64,000 nucleotides of DNA from Oscillospiraceae bacterium (GTDB taxonomy: Bacteria > Bacillota > Clostridia > Oscillospirales > Oscillospiraceae): NCBI GenBank assembly GCA_017445875.1, contig JAFSRZ010000005.1, positions 5,251 through 69,250 of the forward strand, given 5' to 3'. The notes under the pieces were generated by a model that made no database searches, was not told where the DNA came from, and saw nothing but the letters and a program-made list of their open reading frames with translations. Shown here one piece after another: positions 9,450 through 19,001 of this stretch (position 1 is the first letter of the stretch; every line of letters begins with the position of its first letter). Position numbers and translations under genes: made by a program.

Positions 9450-11111
9450 TCAGACGTTGTAGCACCCGCCGCCGATGAACTCCCGGACAATCGACGATTT
9501 CGGTACCACGTCGTCGGGTAGCGGCAGGAAATAGTTCATGAACTTCAACAGCCGTTTGGCCTCTACATACTCGTCACTGTCCCGCGGAATGGCGAACAGA
9601 AGCGGCTCCAAATACGCCTGTAACAGCGCGGTCTCGAAAATCAACGACGAGTTGAACACCACGTCGGCGCTGTCCTGATACGGGAAAATGTTGTTTTCCT
9701 CGCCGCGCCGGACACTCGGCCACATGCGGATAGTCGCCTGTGCGTTATGCCCACGGGTACGGGCGTCGCGCTCGATACGGCGTAACAAACGGGCGTCGGT
9801 ACTGGGTATCCGGTTGTGGTCGTCGACGTTCAGAACTGTCAGACAGCTAATGTAGATTTTGAACTTGCTTTCGGGCGGGAGTGTGTACGACAGCGCGTCG
9901 TTCAGACAGTGAATGCCCTCAATCACCAAAATGTCTTGGGGTCCCAAAGTCAGATAGTCGCCGTTGTACTCCCGACAGCCTTTTTTGAAATTGTAACTGG
10001 GTATCTCGACAGTTTCCCCGGCTAACAGGCGCGTCATGTCCTGATTCAACTGCTCCACGTCCATCGCGCCGAGGCCTTCAAAGTCATAATTGCCGTTCTC
10101 GTCGCGGGGGGTCTTGTCGCGGTTGACAAAGTAATTGTCCGTGGCGACGGGGTGCGGATGTATGCCGCATGCCCGGAGCTGTGTACAAAGCCGGTGGGAA
10201 AACGTGGTCTTGCCCGACGACGACGGCCCCGCAATCATCACGAAACGCACGTCATGCCGCGCCGCTATGGTCTGGGCAATGTCGCCGATACGCTTTTCCA
10301 TCAGCGCTTCATGCGTCAGAATGAGGCCTTCCGACTGTCCGCGTGCAATCAGGTCGTTGAGTTCGCCGACATTGCTGATACCGAGCGCGGCGGCGTGTGC
10401 GGTGTCGTCGCGGAGTGTCTGGAACACCTTCCGCGACGGGTTGAACGTCCCGACTTTCGACGGGTCTTTCATCGACGGCAGGTGCAGTAAAAATCCGTCC
10501 TCGTAGACTTCCAGCGAAAAGACCTTCACATATCCGGTACTGGGCAGCATGTAGCCGTAGAAGTAATCGGAGAAGCCGTCGAGCGTGTAAACGTTGACAT
10601 GGGAGTCAATGCGATACCGGAACAGTCGCGCCTTGTCCTCGAAGCGCTGACTGTGGAACAGTTCTATAGCGTCGTCAGTGGGGAGGACTTTCTTTTCAAT
10701 GGGCAAATCGGCGGCGGCGAGTTCCCGCATACGCGCCTCGACACGTTCCAGTAGCGCGGCGTCAAGATTAAAGTTGCCCGTGGCGCGGAGGAATAAGGCA
10801 CTGCTCAGCGAAAACTCGACAATCACCCGGTCGACGTTCTCCGCGCCGGCGGTGTCGTAGAACGCTTTCAGGAGCAGGAACACGGCGGAGCGCTCATAGG
10901 ACTGGATTCCGGGCTTGTCGCGGGCGGTAATCATAGTCAGGTGACAGTCGCGGTCGAGATGGCGGTAGAGTTCGCGTAGCTTGCCGTCGCGGTTGACAAG
11001 CAGGATGTCGTCGGGGTAACGGCTCTGCATGTCGCGGGCAATCTGTGCGTACGTGACCCCGGCGGGGTAGTCGTACGCGGTGCCGTCGATGGTGACAGTG
11101 TAACGCTTCAT
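9450..11111 (-). CDS. Nucleoside (uridine) kinase with N-terminal ThrRS-like domain
   Basis: IAGPSSSGKTTF P-loop, VIEGIH, RLLRRIERDARTRG; N-terminal TGS/ThrRS-like region. Confidence 0.9.
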   Translation of the reverse strand: MKRYTVTIDGTAYDYPAGVTYAQIARDMQSRYPDDILLVNRDGKLRELYRHLDRDCHLTMITARDKPGIQSYERSAVFLLLKAFYDTAGAENVDRVIVEFSLSSALFLRATGNFNLDAALLERVEARMRELAAADLPIEKKVLPTDDAIELFHSQRFEDKARLFRYRIDSHVNVYTLDGFSDYFYGYMLPSTGYVKVFSLEVYEDGFLLHLPSMKDPSKVGTFNPSRKVFQTLRDDTAHAAALGISNVGELNDLIARGQSEGLILTHEALMEKRIGDIAQTIAARHDVRFVMIAGPSSSGKTTFSHRLCTQLRACGIHPHPVATDNYFVNRDKTPRDENGNYDFEGLGAMDVEQLNQDMTRLLAGETVEIPSYNFKKGCREYNGDYLTLGPQDILVIEGIHCLNDALSYTLPPESKFKIYISCLTVLNVDDHNRIPSTDARLLRRIERDARTRGHNAQATIRMWPSVRRGEENNIFPYQDSADVVFNSSLIFETALLQAYLEPLLFAIPRDSDEYVEAKRLLKFMNYFLPLPDDVVPKSSIVREFIGGGCYNV

Positions 11112-11302
11112 AGCGGCCTCCTTTCATGTACGGGGTGGCTTGCGGCTTTGCGACATTCTACCACATTTTTGAATGTCGCGCAACCGCTATTTGTGGAAAT
11201 TGTCGCGGGGCGCGTGTCAAGTGTGCAAAAGCAGTCCCGCCAGTCTGTGACGACTGACGGGACTTGTGTTGCCGGATATGCGTCAAGCGTTCCGTGGGAA
11301 CT

Positions 11303-12118
11303 TTACCGCGCCGCGCTTTCGCGCTTGCGCACGGGGAAATAGATTTCGGTTTCCCAGTCTTGGGGCTTGCAATTGTGCCACGCGCCGCGGGTGTAGATAT
11401 CGCAGGGCGCGCCGTCCCACTGATAGCCGTTCTCGTCAATCCACGACACGAGCGCGGCGTAGGCCTCGTTCAGCGTGGAATAGCCGCCTTTGTGGACAGT
11501 CATGGCACACTGACACGCGTCCATGACCTTTTCGGCGCGGTCGCGCTCCCGCACGCTGACGAAAAGCTCAATGTCCGACGATTCATGGTGGAACTCCTCA
11601 TCGTGGTACATCGCCCCGACAACGCCGCCGGGCGTCAGACCCTCCTTGGAAATACGCTCATAGAGGGTGCTGAAGTATTTGCCGAACTCGTCAACGCCCA
11701 TGCGCTGGCGGCACGAGAACACCGCCATAGACGGGCGTTCCGTGAGTTTGATTTCGTATCCGTTGGGAATGTTCATTTTGTCATCCGTCCTTTCCAGACT
11801 GCCCAAATGCAACGTCAATTCCCGCAAAACCGCCTCTAATTCTGTCAGACGGTCTTTGAGTTTGTCGCGCTGTCGGCGCAGTTCCTGATAGAAAGCGTCG
11901 TGTCCGCAGGACAGGAGCGGTTGAATTTCCTCCAGCGAGAAACCGTAGCGTTTCAATTTCTGAATCAGCAACATTTTTTCGAGCTGGGCGCGGTCGTAGT
12001 AACGGTATCCCGTGAAGCGGTCGACTTCCAACGGTCGAAGGACACCGATTTTGTCGTAGTAGCGCAACGTCTTGACGCTGACTTGACAGATTTTTGAAAA
12101 TTCGCCGATTTGGTACAT
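11303..12118 (-). CDS. MerR family regulator with GyrI-like effector domain (BmrR-like)
   Basis: YQIGEFSKICQVSVKTLRYYDKIG HTH; C-terminal HKGGY..ETEIYFPV; SD AGGAGG. Confidence 0.92.
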   Translation of the reverse strand: MYQIGEFSKICQVSVKTLRYYDKIGVLRPLEVDRFTGYRYYDRAQLEKMLLIQKLKRYGFSLEEIQPLLSCGHDAFYQELRRQRDKLKDRLTELEAVLRELTLHLGSLERTDDKMNIPNGYEIKLTERPSMAVFSCRQRMGVDEFGKYFSTLYERISKEGLTPGGVVGAMYHDEEFHHESSDIELFVSVRERDRAEKVMDACQCAMTVHKGGYSTLNEAYAALVSWIDENGYQWDGAPCDIYTRGAWHNCKPQDWETEIYFPVRKRESAAR

Positions 12119-12157
12119 TTGCCGCCTCCTGTCCTGATGTCCCCCGGGGTTGTTCAC

Positions 12158-12188
12158 AGTATAAGCCCTGCCCCAAGGGGAGTGTCAA
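12158..12188 (-). promoter_or_regulatory. MerR-type promoter with 19-bp spacer and operator dyad
   Basis: Minus strand TTGACA-CTCCCCTTGGGGCAGGGCT(19)-TATACT; the long spacer with a dyad is the MerR hallmark. Confidence 0.85.
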
Positions 12189-12234
12189 GAGGGATTTTTG
12201 GACTTTTTCACAAAAACCCGACCCAAAAAAGCGG

Positions 12235-12263
12235 TTGCGAACCCGCCCGGAAAATGATATACT
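12235..12263 (+). promoter_or_regulatory. Sigma-A type promoter for the gdpP operon
   Basis: TTGCGA-17bp-TATACT with extended TG. Confidence 0.65.
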
Positions 12264-12306
12264 GTGACAATCCCGCGAAGTGTGCGCGGCATAGGGGGAA
12301 ACCGTC

Positions 12307-14289
12307 ATGAAACAGAATCCATTATCCCGGCTCTTGGAACCTAATATGAGGCTGTACTTTCTCTTTCTTCTGCTGTTCTCGATACTGGCTCTCGCGGTCA
12401 GTCCGGCGTTGGCGGGGTTTGAACTGCTGGTATCCGGGATACTCTACTACTTCTTCCAGCGCGGGAACAGTCAGCGCCGCGCCCGCGTCCTGCAATACAT
12501 TGACAGTCTGACAGGAAGCGTTGACACCGCCGGGAAGTCGTCCCTCATCAACTCCCCACTGCCGACAATGGTACTCCGCCCCGATACCGAGGAAATCATA
12601 TGGAGCAACGAAAGTTTCCTGCAACTGACGGGCATTCGGGAAGGCCTCTTTGAGACGCTCATCCGCGACGCCGCGCCGGGGTTTCAGGTGCAATGGCTCT
12701 TGGAGGGCAAGCGCGAGGCCCCGGAACGCGTCGAACTCAACGGACGCCGCTTCCGGGTGTTCGGAAGCATGGTTCGGGGGCGCGGCAAGGGCGAACAGAA
12801 TTTGATTGCTACCACGTACTGGATTGACACCACCGACGCCGACGCACTCCGCAAGATGTACGAAGACAACCGCCCCGTAGTGGCAATCATCGTGCTGGAC
12901 AACTACGAGGATTTGTTGAAAGCCTGTCCGGAAGTCCAGCGGAGCGCCTTACTGGCACAGTTCGAGGAAAAATTAAACCGCTGGGCGTCGAGCGGACTGT
13001 TACTCCGCACGCAGAGAGACCGCTACTTGTACATTTTCGAGGAAGCGTGGTACGAACACCTCATAGAGGAGAAGTTTTCGATTCTGGACACCATACACGA
13101 AGTCAAGGCCGACAGTATCAGCGCCACACTGTCTATCGGGGTGGGCGTGGGCGCGGAGAACATCGCCGAACTCTACAAGACCGCGAATGTGTCGCTGGAA
13201 ATGGCGCTCAGTCGCGGCGGAGACCAAGCGGTCGTCAGAAACAAAGTCGATTTCGACTTCTACGGCGGGCGTTCCAAGACCACCGAGAAGCGGACAAAAG
13301 TCAAATCCCGTGTCATGGCGACGGCGTTGAGTGAGATGATGTCGGACGCGAAAGAGGTCTATGTCATGGGGCATACCTACTCCGACATGGACGCGGTAGG
13401 CGCGGCGGCGGGTATCTGTTGCGCGGCGCGGAAGCGCGGGAAAGAACATCATGTGGTTATCAACGCCGACCAGACCACCGCACGGAGTTTAATTGACAAA
13501 CTCCGCGTGTTGCCGGAATACGAGGGAGTGTTTCTTGACCCCGGCGAGGCCTTTTTGCGCATGCGTCCGGGTACGCTGTTAGTCGTCGTGGACACCAACC
13601 GCCCCGAAATGGTCGAAAGCCCCGACATTCTGGAATCCTGTAACCGTGTGGCGGTCATCGACCACCACCGTCGCGCCGCGACATACATTGAAAATCCGGC
13701 GTTCAGTTTCCATGAGCCTTACGCGTCGTCGGCGTCGGAACTCGTCACGGAGTTGTTACAGTACATGGTCAACGCGGACGACCTTCTAAAAGAGGAGGCC
13801 GAGGCGCTTCTTGCCGGAATCGTACTCGACACGAAACATTTCGCACAGCGTACGGGAGGGCGTACCTTTGAGGCGGCGGCGTTTTTACGGCGTTCGGGAG
13901 CCGATACCGAGGACGTACAGAAACTTTTCCAGAGTGACTTACAGGCCATGGTCGCCCGCTATGGAATCATCCGGCAGGCGGAACTTTACAGGGGCAATAT
14001 GGCAATCGCGGCCGTGAACGAGGACGGTATTGACCGCGTGACCGCTTCCATGGCCGCCGACGAACTCCTGACGCTAAAGGGTGTACAGGCCTCTTTCGTG
14101 GTGTACCACATCGGGGACACGGTACTGCTTTCGGCGCGTTCCATGGGGGAAGTCAACGTGCAAATGGTACTGGAACCGTTAGGCGGCGGCGGAAATTCGA
14201 CCGTTGCGGGGTGCCGGATTCCTAATGTCACCGTGGACGATACCCGAAAGCGCCTGATTGCTTCCATTGACGCCTATTTCGAGAAATGA
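12307..14289 (+). CDS. gdpP: Cyclic-di-AMP phosphodiesterase (PAS, degenerate GGDEF, DHH/DHHA1)
   Basis: Two N-terminal TMs, ALSRGGDQAV, MGH..DMDAVG, VIDHHRR, GGGGN; upstream of rplI-dnaB. Confidence 0.93.
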   Translation: MKQNPLSRLLEPNMRLYFLFLLLFSILALAVSPALAGFELLVSGILYYFFQRGNSQRRARVLQYIDSLTGSVDTAGKSSLINSPLPTMVLRPDTEEIIWSNESFLQLTGIREGLFETLIRDAAPGFQVQWLLEGKREAPERVELNGRRFRVFGSMVRGRGKGEQNLIATTYWIDTTDADALRKMYEDNRPVVAIIVLDNYEDLLKACPEVQRSALLAQFEEKLNRWASSGLLLRTQRDRYLYIFEEAWYEHLIEEKFSILDTIHEVKADSISATLSIGVGVGAENIAELYKTANVSLEMALSRGGDQAVVRNKVDFDFYGGRSKTTEKRTKVKSRVMATALSEMMSDAKEVYVMGHTYSDMDAVGAAAGICCAARKRGKEHHVVINADQTTARSLIDKLRVLPEYEGVFLDPGEAFLRMRPGTLLVVVDTNRPEMVESPDILESCNRVAVIDHHRRAATYIENPAFSFHEPYASSASELVTELLQYMVNADDLLKEEAEALLAGIVLDTKHFAQRTGGRTFEAAAFLRRSGADTEDVQKLFQSDLQAMVARYGIIRQAELYRGNMAIAAVNEDGIDRVTASMAADELLTLKGVQASFVVYHIGDTVLLSARSMGEVNVQMVLEPLGGGGNSTVAGCRIPNVTVDDTRKRLIASIDAYFEK

Positions 14290-14299
14290 GGGGGTTGTT

Positions 14300-15547
14300 G
14301 TGAAAAAACAAAAGTTTCTCTTGCCTTTTTTCATGCTGTTTCTGCTGACGCTTCTTACTTTTCCCGTGTGCGCGGAGGACAACGCCGTACTGTTCGCCGA
14401 GACCGTGAACCGCGGCACTTGCGGGAGTGGTATGTCGTGGCGGCTGGACGTGGACGGCGTCATGACCATCAGCGGCAACGGCATGATGACCGACTATCCC
14501 AGCGCGAACACCGTGCCGTGGAGGAAGTACCGCCTCGACATCTGGAAAGTCAACATTGAATACGGCGTGACCCATGTCGGCAATTACGCCTTCAGCGACT
14601 GCGCCGCCATGACCGCGTTGACCATCCCGGAGAGCGTAGACACCATCGGGGATTCCGCCTTTGCCAACTGTGAACAACTGTCGGATATCGTCATTACGAG
14701 CGGCGTACGGGAAATCGGCAACCGTGCCTTCACGGGCTGTGCCGCCATTACGGGACTGACCTTGCCCCAAAGCGTTATCTCATTAGGACAGGCGGCCTTT
14801 TCGTACTGTACCGGGCTGACGGAATTTCACATCACGGGCAGTCTCGACGAAACCCGTCCATCCTTATTCGCAAACTGTACGGCGCTGGAAACAGTCACGC
14901 TCCCCGACACTGTACGCACTATCGGACAATGGACATTTTCGGGCTGTTCGGCGCTGTCGGAGTTCACCATTCCCGAACGCGTGTCGACAATCGCCCCGTA
15001 TGCCTTCAAAGACTGTGCCTCGCTACAGTCCGTCGCGCTGACAAGCCGCATGACCGAACTTGACAGCGGCACCTTTTACAACTGTAGCGCACTGCAAAGC
15101 GTCACGATTCCGGACAGCGTACATGTTATCAAGCAAGCGGCGTTCGGGGGCTGTTACGCCCTGCGGGATGTATACTACACCGGCACCGCGTCGCAATGGG
15201 AGGCCGTCAGCAAGAACGACTTCGCCGACATGATTGAACGCCGCTTCATTGATGTGCATTACGGACAGGCCGAGCCGGTTTCCACGGCGACCATTGAGAG
15301 TATCACAGTCGGCAACGGACGCGTGACCGTACATGTCGCGGGCAGTCCGGACGAGGGAAGCACGCTTTTTATCGCGGCTTACGACGCCGACGGGCGGTTT
15401 CTGGGCGTGGACAGTCACCCCATCAACGACCCCAACGCCTATACGGTATTCGCCAAGGAGGCGCATACCTTGACGGTGTTTCTGCTGGATTCGCGGCGGC
15501 GTCCGGCGGCGTCGGCGGTGTCGAAAGCGGTACCCACGGAAACATGA
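14300..15547 (+). CDS. Secreted BspA-like leucine-rich repeat (LRR_5) protein with shared C-terminal domain
   Basis: Signal peptide, repeats IPESVDTIGDSAFANC; C-terminal AAYDADGRFL..FLLDS..RP module; GTG start. Confidence 0.88.
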   Translation: MKKQKFLLPFFMLFLLTLLTFPVCAEDNAVLFAETVNRGTCGSGMSWRLDVDGVMTISGNGMMTDYPSANTVPWRKYRLDIWKVNIEYGVTHVGNYAFSDCAAMTALTIPESVDTIGDSAFANCEQLSDIVITSGVREIGNRAFTGCAAITGLTLPQSVISLGQAAFSYCTGLTEFHITGSLDETRPSLFANCTALETVTLPDTVRTIGQWTFSGCSALSEFTIPERVSTIAPYAFKDCASLQSVALTSRMTELDSGTFYNCSALQSVTIPDSVHVIKQAAFGGCYALRDVYYTGTASQWEAVSKNDFADMIERRFIDVHYGQAEPVSTATIESITVGNGRVTVHVAGSPDEGSTLFIAAYDADGRFLGVDSHPINDPNAYTVFAKEAHTLTVFLLDSRRRPAASAVSKAVPTET

Positions 15548-15587
15548 ACCATTCCGGGAAATTTTTATCAATAAGGAGAAACCAACC

Positions 15588-16037
15588 ATGAAAGTCATTT
15601 TACAACAGGACGTGCGCGGCAAGGGCAAAAAGGGACAAATGGTCGAAGTCGCCGAGGGCTACGCCCGGAACTATCTGCTCCCGCGCAAACTGGCGCTTCC
15701 CGCGACAACCGACACCATCAACACCATGAAAATGCGGGAAAAGGCGCAAAAGGCCGAGGAAGCCCGCCTCAAAGCCGAAGCGGAAGCCACCGTCGAGAAA
15801 CTCAAGGGCTGTCAGGTACGCATGACGGCGCGGGCGGGCAGTAACGGCAAACTGTTCGGGTCCATCACAACGCAGGAGATTTCCGACGCGCTGAAAGAGC
15901 AGTACGGCGTGGAGATTCCGCGTCAGAAGCTGGTTTTGGAGAACCCCATTAAGGCCTTTGGCAATTACGAAGTCAAGGCGAAACTGGGCTTTGAAATCAG
16001 CGGAACCGTGTATGTAGCGGTGTACGAGCAGAAATGA
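15588..16037 (+). CDS. rplI: 50S ribosomal protein L9
   Basis: MKVILQQDV..GYARNYLLP, KLFGSIT. Confidence 0.98.
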   Translation: MKVILQQDVRGKGKKGQMVEVAEGYARNYLLPRKLALPATTDTINTMKMREKAQKAEEARLKAEAEATVEKLKGCQVRMTARAGSNGKLFGSITTQEISDALKEQYGVEIPRQKLVLENPIKAFGNYEVKAKLGFEISGTVYVAVYEQK

Positions 16038-16059
16038 CGCGTTCCGGGGGTGATGAACC

Positions 16060-17406
16060 ATAGCAAATGAAGATTTGCTTCTCCGGCAGGCGCCGCACTC
16101 CGTCGAGGCCGAACAGGCCGTGTTAGGTTCCATGCTGATTGACCCCGACTGTGTAAAGCTGGTCATGGAAAAGCTCCGCCCGGCGGACTTCTATTTGAAG
16201 CAGAACCGGGAGATTTTCGAGAGCATTTACACCATGTTCTCGTACTCCCGCCCCATCGACATTGTGACGGTCGCGGACGAAATGCGGCGCGGCGGCACCT
16301 ATGACGGGACTGTGACAGGTTCCTATCTGGCGCAGCTCATGGAGATTACGCCCACGAGCGCGAATGTCATGGAGTACGCCGGGATTGTCGCGGACAAGGC
16401 GTTGTTGCGCGCCGTGGCGGAGGCGGCGTCGGAAATCACGACGTTGGTACAGGAGGGTACCGGCGACGCCCACGCCATTTTGGAGGCCGCCGAACAGAGA
16501 ATTTACGCCATCCGTAAGGGGCAGAACGTAAAGGGGTTAGTCCTGCTGAAACAGGTTCTCCCCGACGTGCTTGACCGCCTGTACGAAATGGCGGAGGCGG
16601 AAAGTCATCTGCCGGGACTGTCCACGGGCTTTTCGGCGATTGACCGCAAAATCACGGGGCTGAACCGTTCCGACCTGATACTGTTAGCGGCGCGTCCGGG
16701 CATGGGGAAAACGTCCATGGCGTTGAATCTGGCCTTGAACGTGGCGCGGAGCGGTGAAAAAAAAGTGGCGATTTTTTCTCTGGAAATGTCGCGGGAACAA
16801 CTGGCGAGCCGTATTTTGTCGGCGGAAGCTCTGGTCGATAACTATCACCTCAAAACCGGGGAACTGGACGAGGACGAGTGGGAGAAAATCGCGGAAGCCA
16901 CGGTCACGCTCAGTCAGATGAAAATTTTTCTGGACGACGACCCGCTTTTGACTGTCGCCGACATGAACGCGAAATGTCGCCGGCTTGATAATCTGGGACT
17001 GGTTGTGATAGACTATCTGCAATTGATGAGTTCGAGCGGGAACCGTTCGCGGGGCAACGAGAACCGTCAACAGGTTGTGTCGGACATGTCGCGGATGTTG
17101 AAAATTATGGCGAAGGATTTGAATGTACCGATTGTCTGTCTCAGTCAGTTAAGCCGCGCCAACGAGAAGCGCGATGACAAACGCCCGCAATTATCCGACT
17201 TGCGCGAATCGGGCGCTATCGAACAGGACGCCGATATCGTGATGTTCCTGTACCGTGACGACTACTACAACGAGGATTCCGAAAAGCACAACATCGCGGA
17301 GTGTATTGTAGCGAAGAACCGTCACGGCGAGACAGGCACGGTCGAATTGAAGTGGACGCCGCAATATACGATGTTCGCCACGTTAGACCGCCGCGAGGAC
17401 GAGTGA
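16060..17406 (+). CDS. dnaB: Replicative DNA helicase; probable ATA start at 16060 (TTG 16075 alternative)
   Basis: PHSVEAEQAVLG, AARPGMGKT, VIDYLQLM, LSDLRESGAIEQDAD, KNRHG. Confidence 0.96.
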   Translation: MANEDLLLRQAPHSVEAEQAVLGSMLIDPDCVKLVMEKLRPADFYLKQNREIFESIYTMFSYSRPIDIVTVADEMRRGGTYDGTVTGSYLAQLMEITPTSANVMEYAGIVADKALLRAVAEAASEITTLVQEGTGDAHAILEAAEQRIYAIRKGQNVKGLVLLKQVLPDVLDRLYEMAEAESHLPGLSTGFSAIDRKITGLNRSDLILLAARPGMGKTSMALNLALNVARSGEKKVAIFSLEMSREQLASRILSAEALVDNYHLKTGELDEDEWEKIAEATVTLSQMKIFLDDDPLLTVADMNAKCRRLDNLGLVVIDYLQLMSSSGNRSRGNENRQQVVSDMSRMLKIMAKDLNVPIVCLSQLSRANEKRDDKRPQLSDLRESGAIEQDADIVMFLYRDDYYNEDSEKHNIAECIVAKNRHGETGTVELKWTPQYTMFATLDRREDE

Positions 17407-17422
17407 CGGGAGGCGTTGTCAT

Positions 17423-18970
17423 ATGCGTGACATTTCCGAATGGCTGCCTGACGCCGGGGAAAGTGTACTGTGCGGCGTGTCGGGCGGCGTGGACTCTATG
17501 GTACTGCTGGACTTGTTGCGGGACTGGTGCGCCGCACACGGCGGAAGCGTCACCGCCGCGCATTATAACCATCATTTACGCCCCACGGCCTACCGTGACG
17601 AGTGCTTTGTGCGCGACTGGTGTGCCGGACACGCGATAGCGTTTGTCAGCGGCGGCGGGGATGTTCAGGCGTACGCCGTGCGGGAGGGACTGTCCGTAGA
17701 GGAGGCCGCCCGGAAACTGCGTTACGATTTCCTGCGGCGTGAGGCCGGAACGCGTCGTATTTACGTCGCGCACCACGCCGGGGACAACGCCGAGACTATT
17801 TTATGGAACCTGATTCGCGGAACAGGTTTGCGTGGACTGTCTGGAATGTCGCACGAACAGGGCGGGATTGTCCGGCCATTGCTGGACGTGCCGCGCTCCG
17901 AAATTGAGGCGTACGCCGCTGAACACAGGATACCGCATGTCGAGGATGAGACGAACGCCGACCCGGACGCGGCGTCAAGAAATCTGTTGCGGCTGGAGGT
18001 CATGCCGCTGTTGCGACGCCTGAACCCGCGAGCCGAGGAACATGTATGCGCGGCGGGCGGACACGCCGCACTGCTTCAGGCGTCGATGGAGGCGCAAGCG
18101 CGGCGGCACATGGTACGCGCCGAGACACGTACCGGTTTCGCGGCAATGCCCGTCCGGGACTTGTCGGACGCGCCGCCGGAACTGCGTCCGCTGATTCTGC
18201 TGGACTTGTTCGAGCGTACGGGCGCGGGGCGGAAAGATGTCGGGGCGGCACATCTCCGGGCGGCGCTGAATCTGCTGGACAACGCCCCCGGCAAACGTGT
18301 CGACCTGCCGCACGGTGTCACGGCGTCGGTACGCGACGGCTGGCTGTTGCTGGAAACGCGTCCGGTTGCGTCCGGGGAACGGACGTTGATACCAAATGTC
18401 CCGCTCCGCTGGGGCGACTACGAGTTGACATTAGAAGAAAATGTTCCCCTTGAAGAGGGCATTGATGTTGAGATAAGCGGAAACTCTATCCAAAATTGCC
18501 CCACCCGGCGCGATGCGCCACCCTCCCCGCACGCGGGGAGGGCTTCGCGGGACTGCCGACAAGGAAAACGCGACGATTTCACAGGAAATGTCGGGCTTTC
18601 CGCCTCCCCCGCACAGCGGGGGAGGTGCCGCGTAGCGGCGGAGGGGGGAACTTCTGAACATAGCTTGACGCCTATGCCTGAAAAGGGAGAGACAACCGGA
18701 CTGTTTCTCCGTGCGGGAAACGATACGGTTACTGTGCGTCCGTGTCCGGCCGGGGAACGCTTGACGTTACCGGGAAGCAACGGAAGTCGTACGCTGAAAC
18801 GTCTCTGCGCTGACCGCCGAATCTCTCTGCGCGAACGCGACACGCTCCCGGCGTTCTATGTCGCCGGACGCCTTGCCGCCGTGTGGCGTATCGGCACGGA
18901 CGCGGCTTTCGTACCCGATACCCCCGCATGCCGTTTTATCCGCGTAAAATATCCAGTTTGTGGGAAATGA
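17423..18970 (+). CDS. tilS: tRNA(Ile)-lysidine synthetase with an in-frame 76-codon MITE insertion
   Basis: SGGVDS PP-loop, EEAARKLRY, AHHAGDNAET, IVRPLL; upstream of hpt-ftsH. Confidence 0.93.
   Translation: MRDISEWLPDAGESVLCGVSGGVDSMVLLDLLRDWCAAHGGSVTAAHYNHHLRPTAYRDECFVRDWCAGHAIAFVSGGGDVQAYAVREGLSVEEAARKLRYDFLRREAGTRRIYVAHHAGDNAETILWNLIRGTGLRGLSGMSHEQGGIVRPLLDVPRSEIEAYAAEHRIPHVEDETNADPDAASRNLLRLEVMPLLRRLNPRAEEHVCAAGGHAALLQASMEAQARRHMVRAETRTGFAAMPVRDLSDAPPELRPLILLDLFERTGAGRKDVGAAHLRAALNLLDNAPGKRVDLPHGVTASVRDGWLLLETRPVASGERTLIPNVPLRWGDYELTLEENVPLEEGIDVEISGNSIQNCPTRRDAPPSPHAGRASRDCRQGKRDDFTGNVGLSASPAQRGRCRVAAEGGTSEHSLTPMPEKGETTGLFLRAGNDTVTVRPCPAGERLTLPGSNGSRTLKRLCADRRISLRERDTLPAFYVAGRLAAVWRIGTDAAFVPDTPACRFIRVKYPVCGK
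18460..18676 (+). mobile_element. 217-bp MITE with IS4-family-like TIRs inside tilS
   Basis: Ends CATTGATGTTGAGATAAG / CATAGCTTGACGCCTATG; flanking 11-bp direct repeat CTTGAAGAGGG / CCTGAAAAGGG (9/11); homologous to 33214-33427. Confidence 0.85.
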
Positions 18971-19001
18971 CGGAAAATTTCTGAAAGTGAGGCCATGATT
19001 T

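Noticed and set aside
2872-17878. Avoidance of YGGCCR as support for the local R-M specificity
   Set aside because: Sites are present (e.g. CGGCCA at 2872 and 17873); no depletion can be claimed without counting
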